This document shows positions 38,968-49,612 of a stretch of 64,000 nt of DNA, in pieces; the stretch's first letter is position 1; every line of letters begins with the position of its first letter. The notes under the pieces are model-generated. The model ran no database searches and was not told the origin of the DNA. It saw only the letters and a program-made list of their open reading frames with translations. Made by a program: the position numbers and the translations under genes. The DNA comes from Flavobacteriales bacterium. Its GTDB lineage: Bacteria; Bacteroidota; Bacteroidia; Flavobacteriales_F; PHOS-HE28. The stretch lies in assembly GCA_017987115.1 (NCBI GenBank), contig JAGNUG010000004.1, forward strand, positions 1,445-65,444, given 5' to 3'.

Positions 38968-39516
38968 ATGACACGCGTTCGCTTGCATGACATTGATTTT
39001 GAACTGTTCATCACTGAACAGGATGTGAATGCAGCTGTGGACCGTCTTGCGGGCGAATTGCGAAACAAGTACGATGGTAAGCGACCCTTGCTCGTTGGTG
39101 TATTGAATGGCGCTTTTTTCTTCGCTGCGGAATTGATGAAGCGCTTGGATATTGAATGCGAGATCACCTTCGTTAAAGTGGCCAGCTACCACGGTACCAG
39201 TAGCACCGGGAAAGTGAGCGACCTTATCGGACTCAACGAACGGATCACCGATCGACATGTAGTGGTCCTGGAGGATATTGTGGATACGGGCAATACGGTA
39301 CGCCACATCCTCGATGCATTGACGGATCATCATCCAGCCAGTGTGAGCATTGCTACCTTGCTCTTTAAACCCGATGCATATACACAGCCGGGTATCGAAA
39401 TAGAACATGTGGCTTTGAATATCCCCAACGTTTTTGTGGTGGGTAGCGGATTGGACCACGATGGCCTTGGTAGAAATCTGCCAGGCATTTACCAGATCAT
39501 CCAGAACGGAAAATGA
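38968..39516 (+). CDS. hpt: Hypoxanthine phosphoribosyltransferase
   Basis: GVLNGAFFF, VASYHGTSSTG, VLEDIVDTG, FVVGSGLD; start could be 38929. Confidence 0.92.
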   Translation: MTRVRLHDIDFELFITEQDVNAAVDRLAGELRNKYDGKRPLLVGVLNGAFFFAAELMKRLDIECEITFVKVASYHGTSSTGKVSDLIGLNERITDRHVVVLEDIVDTGNTVRHILDALTDHHPASVSIATLLFKPDAYTQPGIEIEHVALNIPNVFVVGSGLDHDGLGRNLPGIYQIIQNGK

Positions 39517-40088
39517 ACAAACTGAACATCGTACTCTTTGGCCCACCGGGTGCAGGAAAGGGCACGCAAAGCGCGTTCCTCATCAAGAAATACAACTTGG
39601 CGCACCTGAGTACAGGTGATCTGTTACGCGCAGAGATCAAAGCAGAAACCACATTAGGGCTAAAAGCCAAGGATCTTATGGATGTGGGTGAATTGGTGCC
39701 GGACGAGGTCGTGATCGGAATGATCAAGAATGCGATCGAGGATCATGTGGAAGCGGATGGCTTTATTTTCGATGGCTTTCCACGCACCGAAGCACAGGCC
39801 GAAGCGTTGGATGAAATGCTCGAGTTCCGCAAAGAACCGATCGTAGCCATGCTCGCTTTGGAAGTGCCCGAAGAGGAATTGGTGAAGCGGTTACTGGGTC
39901 GTGGTGTGAGCAGCGGAAGAGCCGATGACAAAAGCGAAGCCATTATCCGCAATCGGATCCACGAATACGAAAAGAAGACCGCCAAACTAAAAGACTATTA
40001 CAGCGCGCAAAATAAGTTCAAGGCCATTGATGGCGTTGGTACTTTAGAGGATATCACTAAGCGATTGGTGGAGGCGATCGGCAGGTAA
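39513..40088 (+). CDS. adk: Adenylate kinase (short LID)
   Basis: GPPGAGKGTQ, HLSTGDLLR, GELVPD, DGFPRT, RADD. Confidence 0.97.
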   Translation: MNKLNIVLFGPPGAGKGTQSAFLIKKYNLAHLSTGDLLRAEIKAETTLGLKAKDLMDVGELVPDEVVIGMIKNAIEDHVEADGFIFDGFPRTEAQAEALDEMLEFRKEPIVAMLALEVPEEELVKRLLGRGVSSGRADDKSEAIIRNRIHEYEKKTAKLKDYYSAQNKFKAIDGVGTLEDITKRLVEAIGR

Positions 40089-40413
40089 GTATTATCGACC
40101 TTAATATTTTTGAACCCCGAGAACAGTGGATCGTTCTTGCGGTTCTTTGGTTTGGGTGCGGGCTCCTGCTCGGTTTTGTTAACGGTGTGGATCGAACCAT
40201 GTTTTGGACGGGAAAGCGAGTGTTTGTTTTCGTTCATCCAACTTGTACCTAGGGTTGGGCCGATCCCGCTCAAACGTAGGTTGGATATGCTCGCAGCGGA
40301 ATAGTCCATCATTTCAGGTCAGCGTGTCCTGCCATCAATAATGACAACACTCGTTCCAGTTTTTGCAGCACAATATTTTTCACCAACCCCACAATCCCGA
40401 CATTTGCGCCTCC

Positions 40414-41397
40414 ATGAACTTCATCGATCATATCCGTATTGAATGCCGCTCCGGTGCTGGCGGTAAAGGCAGTAGCCATTTGCGACGGGAAAAGTATATG
40501 CCCAAAGGCGGCCCGGATGGTGGTGACGGTGGCCGTGGTGGCCATATTATCGTTCGCGGTAATGGGCAGTTGTGGACCCTGCTCCATATGCGCTATACCA
40601 AGCACGTTATTGCCGAGGACGGTAAGGTGGGCTATAGCAACCAAAGCTCAGGGGCCAGTGGTAAGGATCAGATCATTGAATTGCCGTTAGGGACCATTAT
40701 CAAGATCGAAGAGACGGGAGAAGTGCTCTGCGAAGTAGTCACCGATGGCGAGGAGCACATCCTTTTTCCAGGTGGTAGAGGAGGGCAGGGGAACCAGCAC
40801 TTCAAAACGGCCACGCACCAAACGCCACGCTTTGCGCAACCCGGTGAACCCGGTATTGAGCAATGGGTACTCATGGAGCTGAAAGTGCTTGCCGATGTTG
40901 GTCTTGTCGGTTTTCCGAATGCGGGTAAGAGCACGTTGTTGAGCGTTGTTAGCGCTGCGAAACCAAAAGTTGCGGATTACGCGTTCACGACCTTGGTCCC
41001 GAACTTAGGTATCGTTAGCTATCGCGATCACAAGAGCTTCGTTATGGCTGACATCCCAGGTATCATCGAAGGTGCATCCGAAGGAAAGGGATTGGGACTT
41101 CGATTTCTGCGGCACATCGAGCGGAACAGCGTGTTATTGTTCATGGTTCCAGCGGATTCCAAGGATATCAAGGCGGAATACACCATTCTCTTGAATGAAC
41201 TGAAGGCATACTCGCCCGAACTCCTGGACAAGGACCGGCTGTTGGCCATTACCAAATGCGATATGTTGGATACGGAAATGATGCAGCAACTTGCACCAGA
41301 ATTGCCAAAGGACATTGAGCACGTGATGATCTCCAGCGTTGCCGGAATGGGTCTTGATGTACTAAAGGATAAGCTCTGGGATAAACTGCACGCGTGA
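40414..41397 (+). CDS. obgE: GTPase ObgE/CgtA
   Basis: Gly-rich Obg domain; [27 protein letters not shown]. Confidence 0.97.
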   Translation: MNFIDHIRIECRSGAGGKGSSHLRREKYMPKGGPDGGDGGRGGHIIVRGNGQLWTLLHMRYTKHVIAEDGKVGYSNQSSGASGKDQIIELPLGTIIKIEETGEVLCEVVTDGEEHILFPGGRGGQGNQHFKTATHQTPRFAQPGEPGIEQWVLMELKVLADVGLVGFPNAGKSTLLSVVSAAKPKVADYAFTTLVPNLGIVSYRDHKSFVMADIPGIIEGASEGKGLGLRFLRHIERNSVLLFMVPADSKDIKAEYTILLNELKAYSPELLDKDRLLAITKCDMLDTEMMQQLAPELPKDIEHVMISSVAGMGLDVLKDKLWDKLHA

Positions 41398-42005
41398 TCT
41401 CCATGGATCTGATACACAGCATCATCTCGCTGGATCATGAGGCGTTCTTATTGATCAACGGACTTCATTCGCCGTTCTGGGATGTTATCATGTGGCAGAT
41501 AAGTGATCTGATCACGTGGATCCCACTTTATGTTTTCTTCTTGTACCTGATCCAACGGCGATACGGTTGGCGTGGTTTGGGCATCGCCGTTCCAGTGATA
41601 GCGTTAATGATATTTCTTACAGATACGGGTTCCGTAATGCTGTTCAAGAACACGGTTCAGCGCCTGCGACCAAGTCATGTGGAAGCGTTCAACAGTAATA
41701 TCCATTTGCTTATTGGCAGTGATGGTGAATTGTACCGCGGAGGTAGCTTCGGCTTTGTTTCATCGCATGCGAGCAATCATTTCGGGATAGCTGTTTTCAT
41801 GGCCGGACTGTTATCCGGCATGCGCAAATGGATCACACCTGCACTGCTGCTGTGGGCCGGCATAATTTGTTACAGCCGCATTTATATCGGCGTTCATTTT
41901 CCTGCTGATGTGGTGGTAGGGGGGCTGTACGGTGGCATTATTGGCTTTGCGTGTGCATTCTCGTACAAGCAACTGATGATCAACTTCAACACCGCCGGGA
42001 AATGA
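41394..42005 (+). CDS. PAP2 family phosphatase
   Basis: K-x6-[22 protein letters not shown]. Confidence 0.92.
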   Translation: MISMDLIHSIISLDHEAFLLINGLHSPFWDVIMWQISDLITWIPLYVFFLYLIQRRYGWRGLGIAVPVIALMIFLTDTGSVMLFKNTVQRLRPSHVEAFNSNIHLLIGSDGELYRGGSFGFVSSHASNHFGIAVFMAGLLSGMRKWITPALLLWAGIICYSRIYIGVHFPADVVVGGLYGGIIGFACAFSYKQLMINFNTAGK

Positions 42006-42370
42006 ATACGTGGCTCGCGGTTTTTCTAGGTGGCGGAATGGGAAGTCTCTTGCGCTACGCCATTTCCCGAGGAGTGTTCTCGCTTGCATTGAGGTCTGCT
42101 TTTCCCTGGGCAACGCTTGCGAGCAATCTGCTTGCAACGGTCCTATTGGCTTACGTCATGATCCGCATGCAAGCACATCTGCCCGGACGTGAACACTGGA
42201 TGGCTTTACTGGCTATCGGCTTTTGCGGTGGATTCAGTACAATGAGCACATTCAACTTTGAGAATTATCAATTGTTGCGTGATGGGCTCTATGGGTTCGC
42301 AGCAATGAACATTTTTATAAGTGTCACTGCCGGTATATTGTTCTTCTACTTTTTTGCACGCACAACTTGA
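42002..42370 (+). CDS. crcB: Fluoride channel Fluc/CrcB
   Basis: Four TMs; GGG-x-GSLLRY, TLASNL, GFCGGFSTMSTF. Confidence 0.9.
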   Translation: MNTWLAVFLGGGMGSLLRYAISRGVFSLALRSAFPWATLASNLLATVLLAYVMIRMQAHLPGREHWMALLAIGFCGGFSTMSTFNFENYQLLRDGLYGFAAMNIFISVTAGILFFYFFARTT

Positions 42371-44037
42371 TGCTTGTTCTCGATAGGTCCTTTAGAAGTA
42401 CAGTTCTGCTTTGTACAAGCGTGTTAGCATGTATGAATGTGTTTGGCCAAGATCCAGCTTGGACAGAGCCCCCGCGGTTGGTGGTGGGTGTAGTAGTGGA
42501 TCAAATGCGGGTGGATTACATCTATCGGTACTGGGATAATTTCGGTGATGGCGGTTTCAAACGGTTGATCAATGAAGGTTCGTTCCAACGCAATGCCCAG
42601 TTCGATTATGCCCCAACAGAGACCGGACCAGGTCATGCCAGTATTTATACGGGAACCACACCTTCTGACCATGGCATCACATTCAATGATATGTTCATTG
42701 GTATGGACCACGCGCATAATTATTGTGTTTCCGATCCGAACGTGAAAGGTGTTGGTTGTGAAGCAGGTTCAGGTCTTAGTTCTCCGCTGAACTTGCTTGC
42801 TTCCTCGATAGCGGATGAGCTTGAACTTGCTACTGAACGCAGGTCGAAGACGATTGGTATCGCGTTGAAGGATCGCGCTGCCATTCTCCCGGTCGGTAGG
42901 ACGGGTGATGCGGCATACTGGTTCATGCCCACTGGAGAAGGCGCTTTCGTAACCAGCACCTGGTATAGAAATGAATTGCCCGATTGGCTGGTTGCCTTCA
43001 ATGCCGAGAAAAGACCGCTGAACTATTTGAAGAATACGTGGGAATTGTCATTACCGCTTGAGCGTTACCGACAAGTAATGCCCGATGATAATCCGTATGA
43101 AGAGCCCCTTCCGGGCACAACAACTTCCACATTGCCTATGGACCTGCAAGCCATGTTCAAAGCAACCGGTTCTGCCGAGGTGATAAAATATACCCCGTGG
43201 GGTAGTACACTGACCACCGATATGGCATTGGCTGCCATAGCGGGTGAAGGCCTAGGTGCCGATGACGTAACCGACTTGCTCGCCATTAGTTATAGTAGCC
43301 CGGATGAACTAGGGCATGAAGTTGGTCCGCGCGCTGTGGAATTAGAGGATATGTACGTTCGTTTGGACAGCGAACTGAAGCGATTGTTCGATGAGCTGGA
43401 CACGCGAGTAGGAAAGGATAAGTATACTGTGTTCCTTACAGCGGACCATGGTGTGGTGGATGTGCCACAATACCTCAAGGATCTGAAAAGTAGTGCTGGG
43501 TATATTGATAAGAAAAGCGCAGCAACGGAATTGAACAAGGCACTCGTTTCGCGTTTTGGTGAAGGCGAATGGGTGCGAACGATCCGCCGTGGTCAGGTTT
43601 TTTTGAACGATTCGCTCATTCAGGCCAGAAAGGTCATTCCGGAAGAGATCCAACGCGCATCTGTCGATCATTTGCAGTTGGATCCGAATGTCATTGTTGC
43701 CTTAACCGCTACGGATCTGGCGCGTAACCAATATACGGAAGGTGTAAGACGGACGATCCAACGGGGGTTCATGATCCATCGCAGCGGCGATGTGGTGATG
43801 GTGTACCGCCCGAATTACCTGGAGTCCTATAATGGTATAACGAAGGGTACCACACATATGACCCCATGGAACTACGATACCCAAGTGCCAGTGATCTTTT
43901 TTGGTCAAGGTATTCGAAAAGGTGAGATCCTGGAACGGACGTCGATCACTGATATCGCCCCCACGGTGTGTGCTATTGTTGGAATTTCATTGCCGAATGC
44001 AGCATCAGGGAATGTCGTGGAAAAGGCACTAAAGTGA
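42367..44037 (+). CDS. pafA: PafA-like alkaline phosphatase family protein
   Basis: VVDQMR, TETGPGHA (Thr nucleophile), KDRAAILP, DELGH, TADHG, HMTPWNYD. Confidence 0.88.
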   Translation: MMLVLDRSFRSTVLLCTSVLACMNVFGQDPAWTEPPRLVVGVVVDQMRVDYIYRYWDNFGDGGFKRLINEGSFQRNAQFDYAPTETGPGHASIYTGTTPSDHGITFNDMFIGMDHAHNYCVSDPNVKGVGCEAGSGLSSPLNLLASSIADELELATERRSKTIGIALKDRAAILPVGRTGDAAYWFMPTGEGAFVTSTWYRNELPDWLVAFNAEKRPLNYLKNTWELSLPLERYRQVMPDDNPYEEPLPGTTTSTLPMDLQAMFKATGSAEVIKYTPWGSTLTTDMALAAIAGEGLGADDVTDLLAISYSSPDELGHEVGPRAVELEDMYVRLDSELKRLFDELDTRVGKDKYTVFLTADHGVVDVPQYLKDLKSSAGYIDKKSAATELNKALVSRFGEGEWVRTIRRGQVFLNDSLIQARKVIPEEIQRASVDHLQLDPNVIVALTATDLARNQYTEGVRRTIQRGFMIHRSGDVVMVYRPNYLESYNGITKGTTHMTPWNYDTQVPVIFFGQGIRKGEILERTSITDIAPTVCAIVGISLPNAASGNVVEKALK

Positions 44038-44211
44038 AGGCCCTCCCGTTCAACTGCTTAAGGTGGTTTGGCCGAATATATCATGACCGTTAGGACGCCG
44101 GTCGTTCAGGTGCTGATGTTCGACCCAATGAAAGCCTTGCCCACCGTGACCTGTTAATTTTTTGACATTTTCGTGTGTTTTTTTTGTGAAAAACAGTTTT
44201 AGTTTGGTGCC

Positions 44212-44616
44212 ATGATCGCTTGGGAAAAACCCGCATTCGGAAGTCCATTTGAACTTTGGCGGGAGGACGGTCTACTCCATTTGGTGCTTGCGAAAGGAGC
44301 CCGGTTGCAGATCCGCGATATGAAGGAGATGATCCGGTTGATCGCGGCGTTGGACCCGTCCGGTAATGCGCCTGTATTGTTGGAATTCCCGGAAAATGCA
44401 TTCGCCGAAGAACCCGCGAAGGAATTGCTGAAAAGAGTGTGCAAAGCGCAGGGTCATCCGGTTGCTTTTTTTACGCATGACCAGAAGAGCAGACGCCAAG
44501 GGGTCATGTTCCAGAAAATGAACAGACCGGAATTTCCATTCCGCGTTTTCGAGTGGCGCCCGGATGCGTTGTTGTGGGCCCAACAGCATAAAGAGCTTGT
44601 GAAGGAAACGGTTTGA
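44212..44616 (+). CDS. Small STAS/SpoIIAA-like (DUF7793-type) hypothetical protein
   Basis: WREDGLLHL...PVLLEF...PVAFF...PFRVFE-x-x-x-x-ALLWA pattern. Confidence 0.55.
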   Translation: MIAWEKPAFGSPFELWREDGLLHLVLAKGARLQIRDMKEMIRLIAALDPSGNAPVLLEFPENAFAEEPAKELLKRVCKAQGHPVAFFTHDQKSRRQGVMFQKMNRPEFPFRVFEWRPDALLWAQQHKELVKETV

Positions 44617-44731
44617 TCCGTTGTCTTGAAGCAGTTACACAGGCCGCAACCTTCGATCGTGTTGAAAAGCGTGTTGTATTTTCTGCAACCTTGGTCTGGA
44701 ATATCAGCCAAGCACGGGGTAATTTTGTCGT

Positions 44732-46117
44732 GTGCAACAGCGCGCTACATATCATCGATCATACCGGCTCGGCCTGATCGTCTCCGGGCTTTTCTCGTGC
44801 TTTCTCTGCGGAACGATGATCGCACAACCGCTGCTGACCTTGGAAGCCGTCGTGGAGCAGGGCACTATCATCGTTAGTGCAAGTATCGATGACCCCGAAG
44901 CTCCAATGCCAGTATTTCAGGGCGTATGGCGCGGTGTTCCTGGTGCCTTGGCTGTGTTTCAATTGCAACGATCCAGCGCTCCGCGTGAGGATGTTCGTGT
45001 AATGCTCGATCGCGTTGTGGAAGCTGGACTAAGTGCGTACCTCGATGCTCATGTCCATTATGAAAGGACCGGAGTGACCACGGATATTTCGGTCACTGAA
45101 ATGGCCTTGGAAATGAATTCCATGATCGAAGCTGCTGCTGAGGAACTTCAGGTCACTGATCCGGTTGTTGGTCTTACTGTGCCCACGGTAACGCAATTAC
45201 TGCACTTTGCGAGCATGGATTGGAGCGGGAATTCCTCTCAGGCTGCGTCAGGATCCAGCGACGATAAATACTTGGCGATCTATCGCACCTTAAGATCACA
45301 GCGCACCGAATTGGATAGACAGATCCGCGCGGATCTTATGGACCTGGGGAGCGTTCTTGTATGGGGAGAGCCGAATGACGCGAGGGAGAATGTATACCGC
45401 ATTGCGTCCACCTGTGGAACTGTTTTTGATGAGGATAATTTCTTGTGTGCACTTGACCTGAAACTGACCGATAGTGATCTTGCAACGGTTGATCCAGCGA
45501 TCGGTTTGACCGCATTGAAGGCATATGTGCCGAAAGCTCACATTGAGCTGGAGGATACGTCCGCGGTCGTTTCCTACACTGGGAAGATCCGCAAGCGGGA
45601 TCGCTGGTTAAAAACAGAGCTGGACATGATCAACTCACGTCTGGATGATCTCGATCAGCGTCGGGAACTGTGGCAATTGCGTGATCGATTGGAAGATATT
45701 GAGGATCGTATTGTGGGGCTGGAACTGGAAGTACGTGACAAGATCGATACACCCGTGCCGGAACAGGAAAACCCGCTTGCCAAGCTCAGTGAGTTGGCCG
45801 GAAAGAACCTTTCGGTATCATTCGGTCGCAATTCCGCAGTATTGGGCCAGGAGCATTTCGTGTTGTTGAATGAGGTATTCGAACAGTTGGCACGTCTTCC
45901 TCAGGATCGTGTCCTGATCACCGGCTATACGGATGCAAGCGGTTCGTCAAGTGTGAATCTTAAGTTGAGCGAGCTACGAGCAAAGGCCGTTCGTAATTAC
46001 CTGTTGGAACGAGGCATTCAAGCAGAACGGTTGATGGTGAATTACTACGGCGATAGCCGCAGTATGGGCCGTTCATCGGACGAACGACGTGTGGAGATCG
46101 AGTGGTTGGCGCGTTGA
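44732..46117 (+). CDS. OmpA-C domain protein with coiled coil and uncharacterised N-terminal domain
   Basis: C-terminal VSFGRNSA, ITGYTD, NLKLSELRAKAV, RRVEI; coiled coil around residues 310-340; start uncertain. Confidence 0.8.
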   Translation: MQQRATYHRSYRLGLIVSGLFSCFLCGTMIAQPLLTLEAVVEQGTIIVSASIDDPEAPMPVFQGVWRGVPGALAVFQLQRSSAPREDVRVMLDRVVEAGLSAYLDAHVHYERTGVTTDISVTEMALEMNSMIEAAAEELQVTDPVVGLTVPTVTQLLHFASMDWSGNSSQAASGSSDDKYLAIYRTLRSQRTELDRQIRADLMDLGSVLVWGEPNDARENVYRIASTCGTVFDEDNFLCALDLKLTDSDLATVDPAIGLTALKAYVPKAHIELEDTSAVVSYTGKIRKRDRWLKTELDMINSRLDDLDQRRELWQLRDRLEDIEDRIVGLELEVRDKIDTPVPEQENPLAKLSELAGKNLSVSFGRNSAVLGQEHFVLLNEVFEQLARLPQDRVLITGYTDASGSSSVNLKLSELRAKAVRNYLLERGIQAERLMVNYYGDSRSMGRSSDERRVEIEWLAR

Positions 46118-46124
46118 TGTCCGG

Positions 46125-47867
46125 TCAGTCTTCGGCTTCATCCGGATCAGAAGGCTTGTATTGCATTCGGAAAAGCACTTCGAACGTAACGCCACCATTT
46201 GTGCGCACATGGAAAGAACCATCCAGTTGGTCGGCCATGGCTTCCACGATCTCCAATCCTAGTTTTCCGGGACCTTGCCGTTGATCCTCGGATAGACCTC
46301 GGCCATTGTCCTTCACTACGAGTCGGTATAGATCGCCTTCCACATTCGTGATCTGGATATCAACGTGTCCACCTGTGGCATACGGGAATGCATGTCGGTA
46401 GGTGTTGCTGACCAGCTCACAAGCGATTATACCTAATTCGATGGCTGTATCCTGATCCGCCTTTAACCCGAACGTGGATACCTCGTAACTGACGGCATTG
46501 CTCTCGGGCTTGTGCATTTCAGCCAAAGAGGTGATCAAGTTGGTGAAGAACAATTGAAGCTCCACGTTCCGGAGGTCCTTAAGCTCGTACAATTTGTGAT
46601 GGACAAGCGCGATCGTGTCGATCCGTTGTTTGCCTCGCATGAACTCTTCTTTTACTTCTCCTTCTTCCAAACGGGCACTTTGTAAGTTCAACAAGCTACT
46701 TACTACTTGAAGGTTGTTCTTTACCCTGTGATGTACCTCACGGTTCAATACGTCCCGTTCACCCAACGCCTTTGCCAGTCGCTTTTCTTGTGTCCGGGTC
46801 CGTTTTTCCTGTTTTCTTATCAAGGAAATTTCTACGCCTCTGCGCACACGGACCCAACCCAAGAGAAAGGTGAGTCCTGACAATGCTATGAGCATTCCGA
46901 TCAAGGTGTTCCTTTCAGGAGCCATCCACATCCGCATGGAAGAGAGATCAATGACCTCTCCGGTACAAATGGTCTGCCCGTTCAATTTGTACGGTGTGAT
47001 CAATGCTCTGAAATCCCTACCATCATGACTGAATGTACGCGGCCATTGGATCTGATCGGTGGTCCAGGTGCGACCGGCTTGTTCTTCAATTTCATGCAGT
47101 AATGGATCAACTTGTGCAGAATCCGGGGTCGGTATGCGACGGCCGTCATTGCTCAGGATCATTGCCCCATATCGACGCAACGATGTGGCTTGGGTTACAA
47201 GAGCTTCGGACTTGGATAGGTCAACTTCGAACGCCATAATTCGGTACAATTCGGAATCATTTCGTCCGCGGATCAACATGGAAAGTTGCATTATCGGATG
47301 TTCCGATCCCGTAGGAAAGTACATGTTCCATGCTGGTTCATTCCGCGCGTCCTCCAATGCTTTGCTGAACCAAGGCTGATCACGTGGGTCATAGTCCAGG
47401 TCCGAGATCCAAACGCTATCGATCCTCCCCATACGAGCTTCATTGGTCACTTGGCCTTGGATCACGGAACCGCCATTGGAGCCTTCAGCGGTAAGATACA
47501 GTTGATAGTCCATACCTTTTCTGATCAACGCGGTCTCGCTCCCACGTTCATCGGCAAGCCGCACAGTAAGTATCGGCCAGTGCGAGTTCATTAGTGGTCG
47601 CCATCGTTTGAGAAGGTCAGTGGACGTGGTCGAGTCCATCTCCTGGACCGCAGCGCATTCTTCTCGAAGGTCCTCTCCTAGTTCATGGAACAAGGCATCT
47701 AACCGCACACGGTATAACTGTTGTGCTCGTTCCAGACCAAGGTCCGCTGTTGCGACAGCGCGCTTTTCCATTTTCATCCATCGCGAGAGGATGAATCCGA
47801 ACGTGGAGACCAACAGCACAATGATCGCTACCACAAGGAACCGTTCGAATCTTCTGCGCTTCTTCAT
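46125..47867 (-). CDS. Membrane sensor histidine kinase (HisKA_2 type) with Cache-like periplasmic domain; orphan
   Basis: Two TMs, D-x-R-x-Q-P-W-F, EVHHRVKNNLQ, ELVSN, DNGRG, LGLEIV. Confidence 0.9.
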   Translation of the reverse strand: MKKRRRFERFLVVAIIVLLVSTFGFILSRWMKMEKRAVATADLGLERAQQLYRVRLDALFHELGEDLREECAAVQEMDSTTSTDLLKRWRPLMNSHWPILTVRLADERGSETALIRKGMDYQLYLTAEGSNGGSVIQGQVTNEARMGRIDSVWISDLDYDPRDQPWFSKALEDARNEPAWNMYFPTGSEHPIMQLSMLIRGRNDSELYRIMAFEVDLSKSEALVTQATSLRRYGAMILSNDGRRIPTPDSAQVDPLLHEIEEQAGRTWTTDQIQWPRTFSHDGRDFRALITPYKLNGQTICTGEVIDLSSMRMWMAPERNTLIGMLIALSGLTFLLGWVRVRRGVEISLIRKQEKRTRTQEKRLAKALGERDVLNREVHHRVKNNLQVVSSLLNLQSARLEEGEVKEEFMRGKQRIDTIALVHHKLYELKDLRNVELQLFFTNLITSLAEMHKPESNAVSYEVSTFGLKADQDTAIELGIIACELVSNTYRHAFPYATGGHVDIQITNVEGDLYRLVVKDNGRGLSEDQRQGPGKLGLEIVEAMADQLDGSFHVRTNGGVTFEVLFRMQYKPSDPDEAED

Positions 47868-47905
47868 GTATGAATTATTCAACTAATGGCTTCACTGATC
47901 TGGAT

Positions 47906-48925
47906 TCAATGCAACTTCCTGAGTATTGCTATGGTTCGATCCACGTCGCTATCAGCTATATCCAAATGCAATACCATCCGCACCATATCAGGCCCGAATG
48001 CAGCGGCGATGATCCCGGCTTCTTTCAGTTTGGTAAGCAATTCATGTGCTCCACGTCCTCCGGCCAGCGTGAAAATAATGATGTTCGTTACCACTGGCAT
48101 AACATGATCCACATACGGTAGTTCGGCGATCGCATTGCCAAGAGTTGCAGCACGAACGTGATCTTCGACCAAGCGATCCACATGATGGTCAAGCGTATAA
48201 TGACCGGCGGAGGCAAGAATGCCGACCTGCCTCATGCCTCCGCCCAATCGCTTTCGTACACGACGAGCATTGGCCATTAGTGCTTTGTTCCCAACAAGTA
48301 CGGAGCCTACCGGTGCACCCAGCCCTTTGCTTAAACAGATCGATATCGTATCGAACCGCTCGCCCCATTCCGCTGGCTTTTCTTTTGTAACAGCCATCGC
48401 GTTGAAGATCCGTGCACCATCCATGTGCATTGCTAATCCATGTGCAGAGCAAACGGTGCGGATCTTATCGACCTCATTCAAACTCCAAACAGCTCCGCCG
48501 CCTCGGTTGCACGTGTTCTCGATGTTCACCAATCGTGTTCGCGCCAACCATTGCGCATGCGGGTCGTTGATCGCAGCCTCCACATTGCTAGCAGTGAACC
48601 GACCAAGGTCACTTGGAACGAACTTAACGCTGCACCCACTTGTGGCCATTGTTCCACCACCTTCGTAGCGATAAATGTGTGCGCCCTCATCGCAGATGAT
48701 CTCATCACCAGGCCGCGTATGTATGTTGATCGCGATCTGATTTGTCATGGTGCCGCTTGGACAGAACAGACCGGCTTCATGACCAAATAGCTCGGCGACA
48801 CGTGCTTCCAATGAGTTCACGGTTGGGTCCTCGCCAAAAACATCGTCACCGACCTGAGCATTCAGCATTGCCTCCCGCATCGCGGCAGTGGGTTTGGTAA
48901 CGGTATCTGAGCGAAGGTCTATCAT
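47906..48925 (-). CDS. ltaE: Low-specificity L-threonine aldolase
   Basis: [46 protein letters not shown]. Confidence 0.95.
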   Translation of the reverse strand: MIDLRSDTVTKPTAAMREAMLNAQVGDDVFGEDPTVNSLEARVAELFGHEAGLFCPSGTMTNQIAINIHTRPGDEIICDEGAHIYRYEGGGTMATSGCSVKFVPSDLGRFTASNVEAAINDPHAQWLARTRLVNIENTCNRGGGAVWSLNEVDKIRTVCSAHGLAMHMDGARIFNAMAVTKEKPAEWGERFDTISICLSKGLGAPVGSVLVGNKALMANARRVRKRLGGGMRQVGILASAGHYTLDHHVDRLVEDHVRAATLGNAIAELPYVDHVMPVVTNIIIFTLAGGRGAHELLTKLKEAGIIAAAFGPDMVRMVLHLDIADSDVDRTIAILRKLH

Positions 48926-48950
48926 GGTGGTGCGCAAGATAATTGAGAGC

Positions 48951-49592
48951 CTATTTCCTGCGGCTGACCATTAATCCATCCCTAATTGGTAGCAGCACAT
49001 TCTCCACACGTTCATCTGCTTTTGCTTTCGCCGCATATGCATGCAAACCCTTGGTCTCACTGTCCATTTCGCGTTCTGGAGAAAGCACACGTCCGCTCCA
49101 AAGCACGTTGTCCGCAATGATCAGCCCTCCAGGTCGCATGCGGTCAATTACAAGATCGAAGTAGTTGCAATAGTTCGGTTTATCGGCATCAATGAAGACC
49201 AGATCGAAGGTGCCTTCAATGGTTGGTATTACTTCCGTGGCTGCTGCTAAATGCTGATGGATCCTTTCGTGGTATCCTGCTTTTCGGGTATGCCTATCAA
49301 CTATGCCTGCGAGTTGTGTATTGATGTCGATCGTGTGGAGCTTACCACTTGGTGCCAAACCTTCTGCTAAGCATAACGCGGAGTATCCTGTGTAGGTACC
49401 GATCTCCAGGATCAATTCTGGAGATATCAACTTACTGATCATGCTAAGGAAACGACCTTGTAAATGGCCGCTGAGCATCTGTGGTAGATCGATGTGCGCA
49501 TGAGTTTCCTTAGCGAGCTCGATCAGGTAAGCGGGTTCCGGAGTGCTGTGGTCCTCCGCGTATTGTTCCAATGCTGGATCAAGAAATTGCAT
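48951..49592 (-). CDS. SAM-dependent O-methyltransferase (Methyltransf_3 family)
   Basis: [33 protein letters not shown]. Confidence 0.93.
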   Translation of the reverse strand: MQFLDPALEQYAEDHSTPEPAYLIELAKETHAHIDLPQMLSGHLQGRFLSMISKLISPELILEIGTYTGYSALCLAEGLAPSGKLHTIDINTQLAGIVDRHTRKAGYHERIHQHLAAATEVIPTIEGTFDLVFIDADKPNYCNYFDLVIDRMRPGGLIIADNVLWSGRVLSPEREMDSETKGLHAYAAKAKADERVENVLLPIRDGLMVSRRK

Positions 49593-49612
49593 GGCGCAAA
49601 GATCGGTATTGA

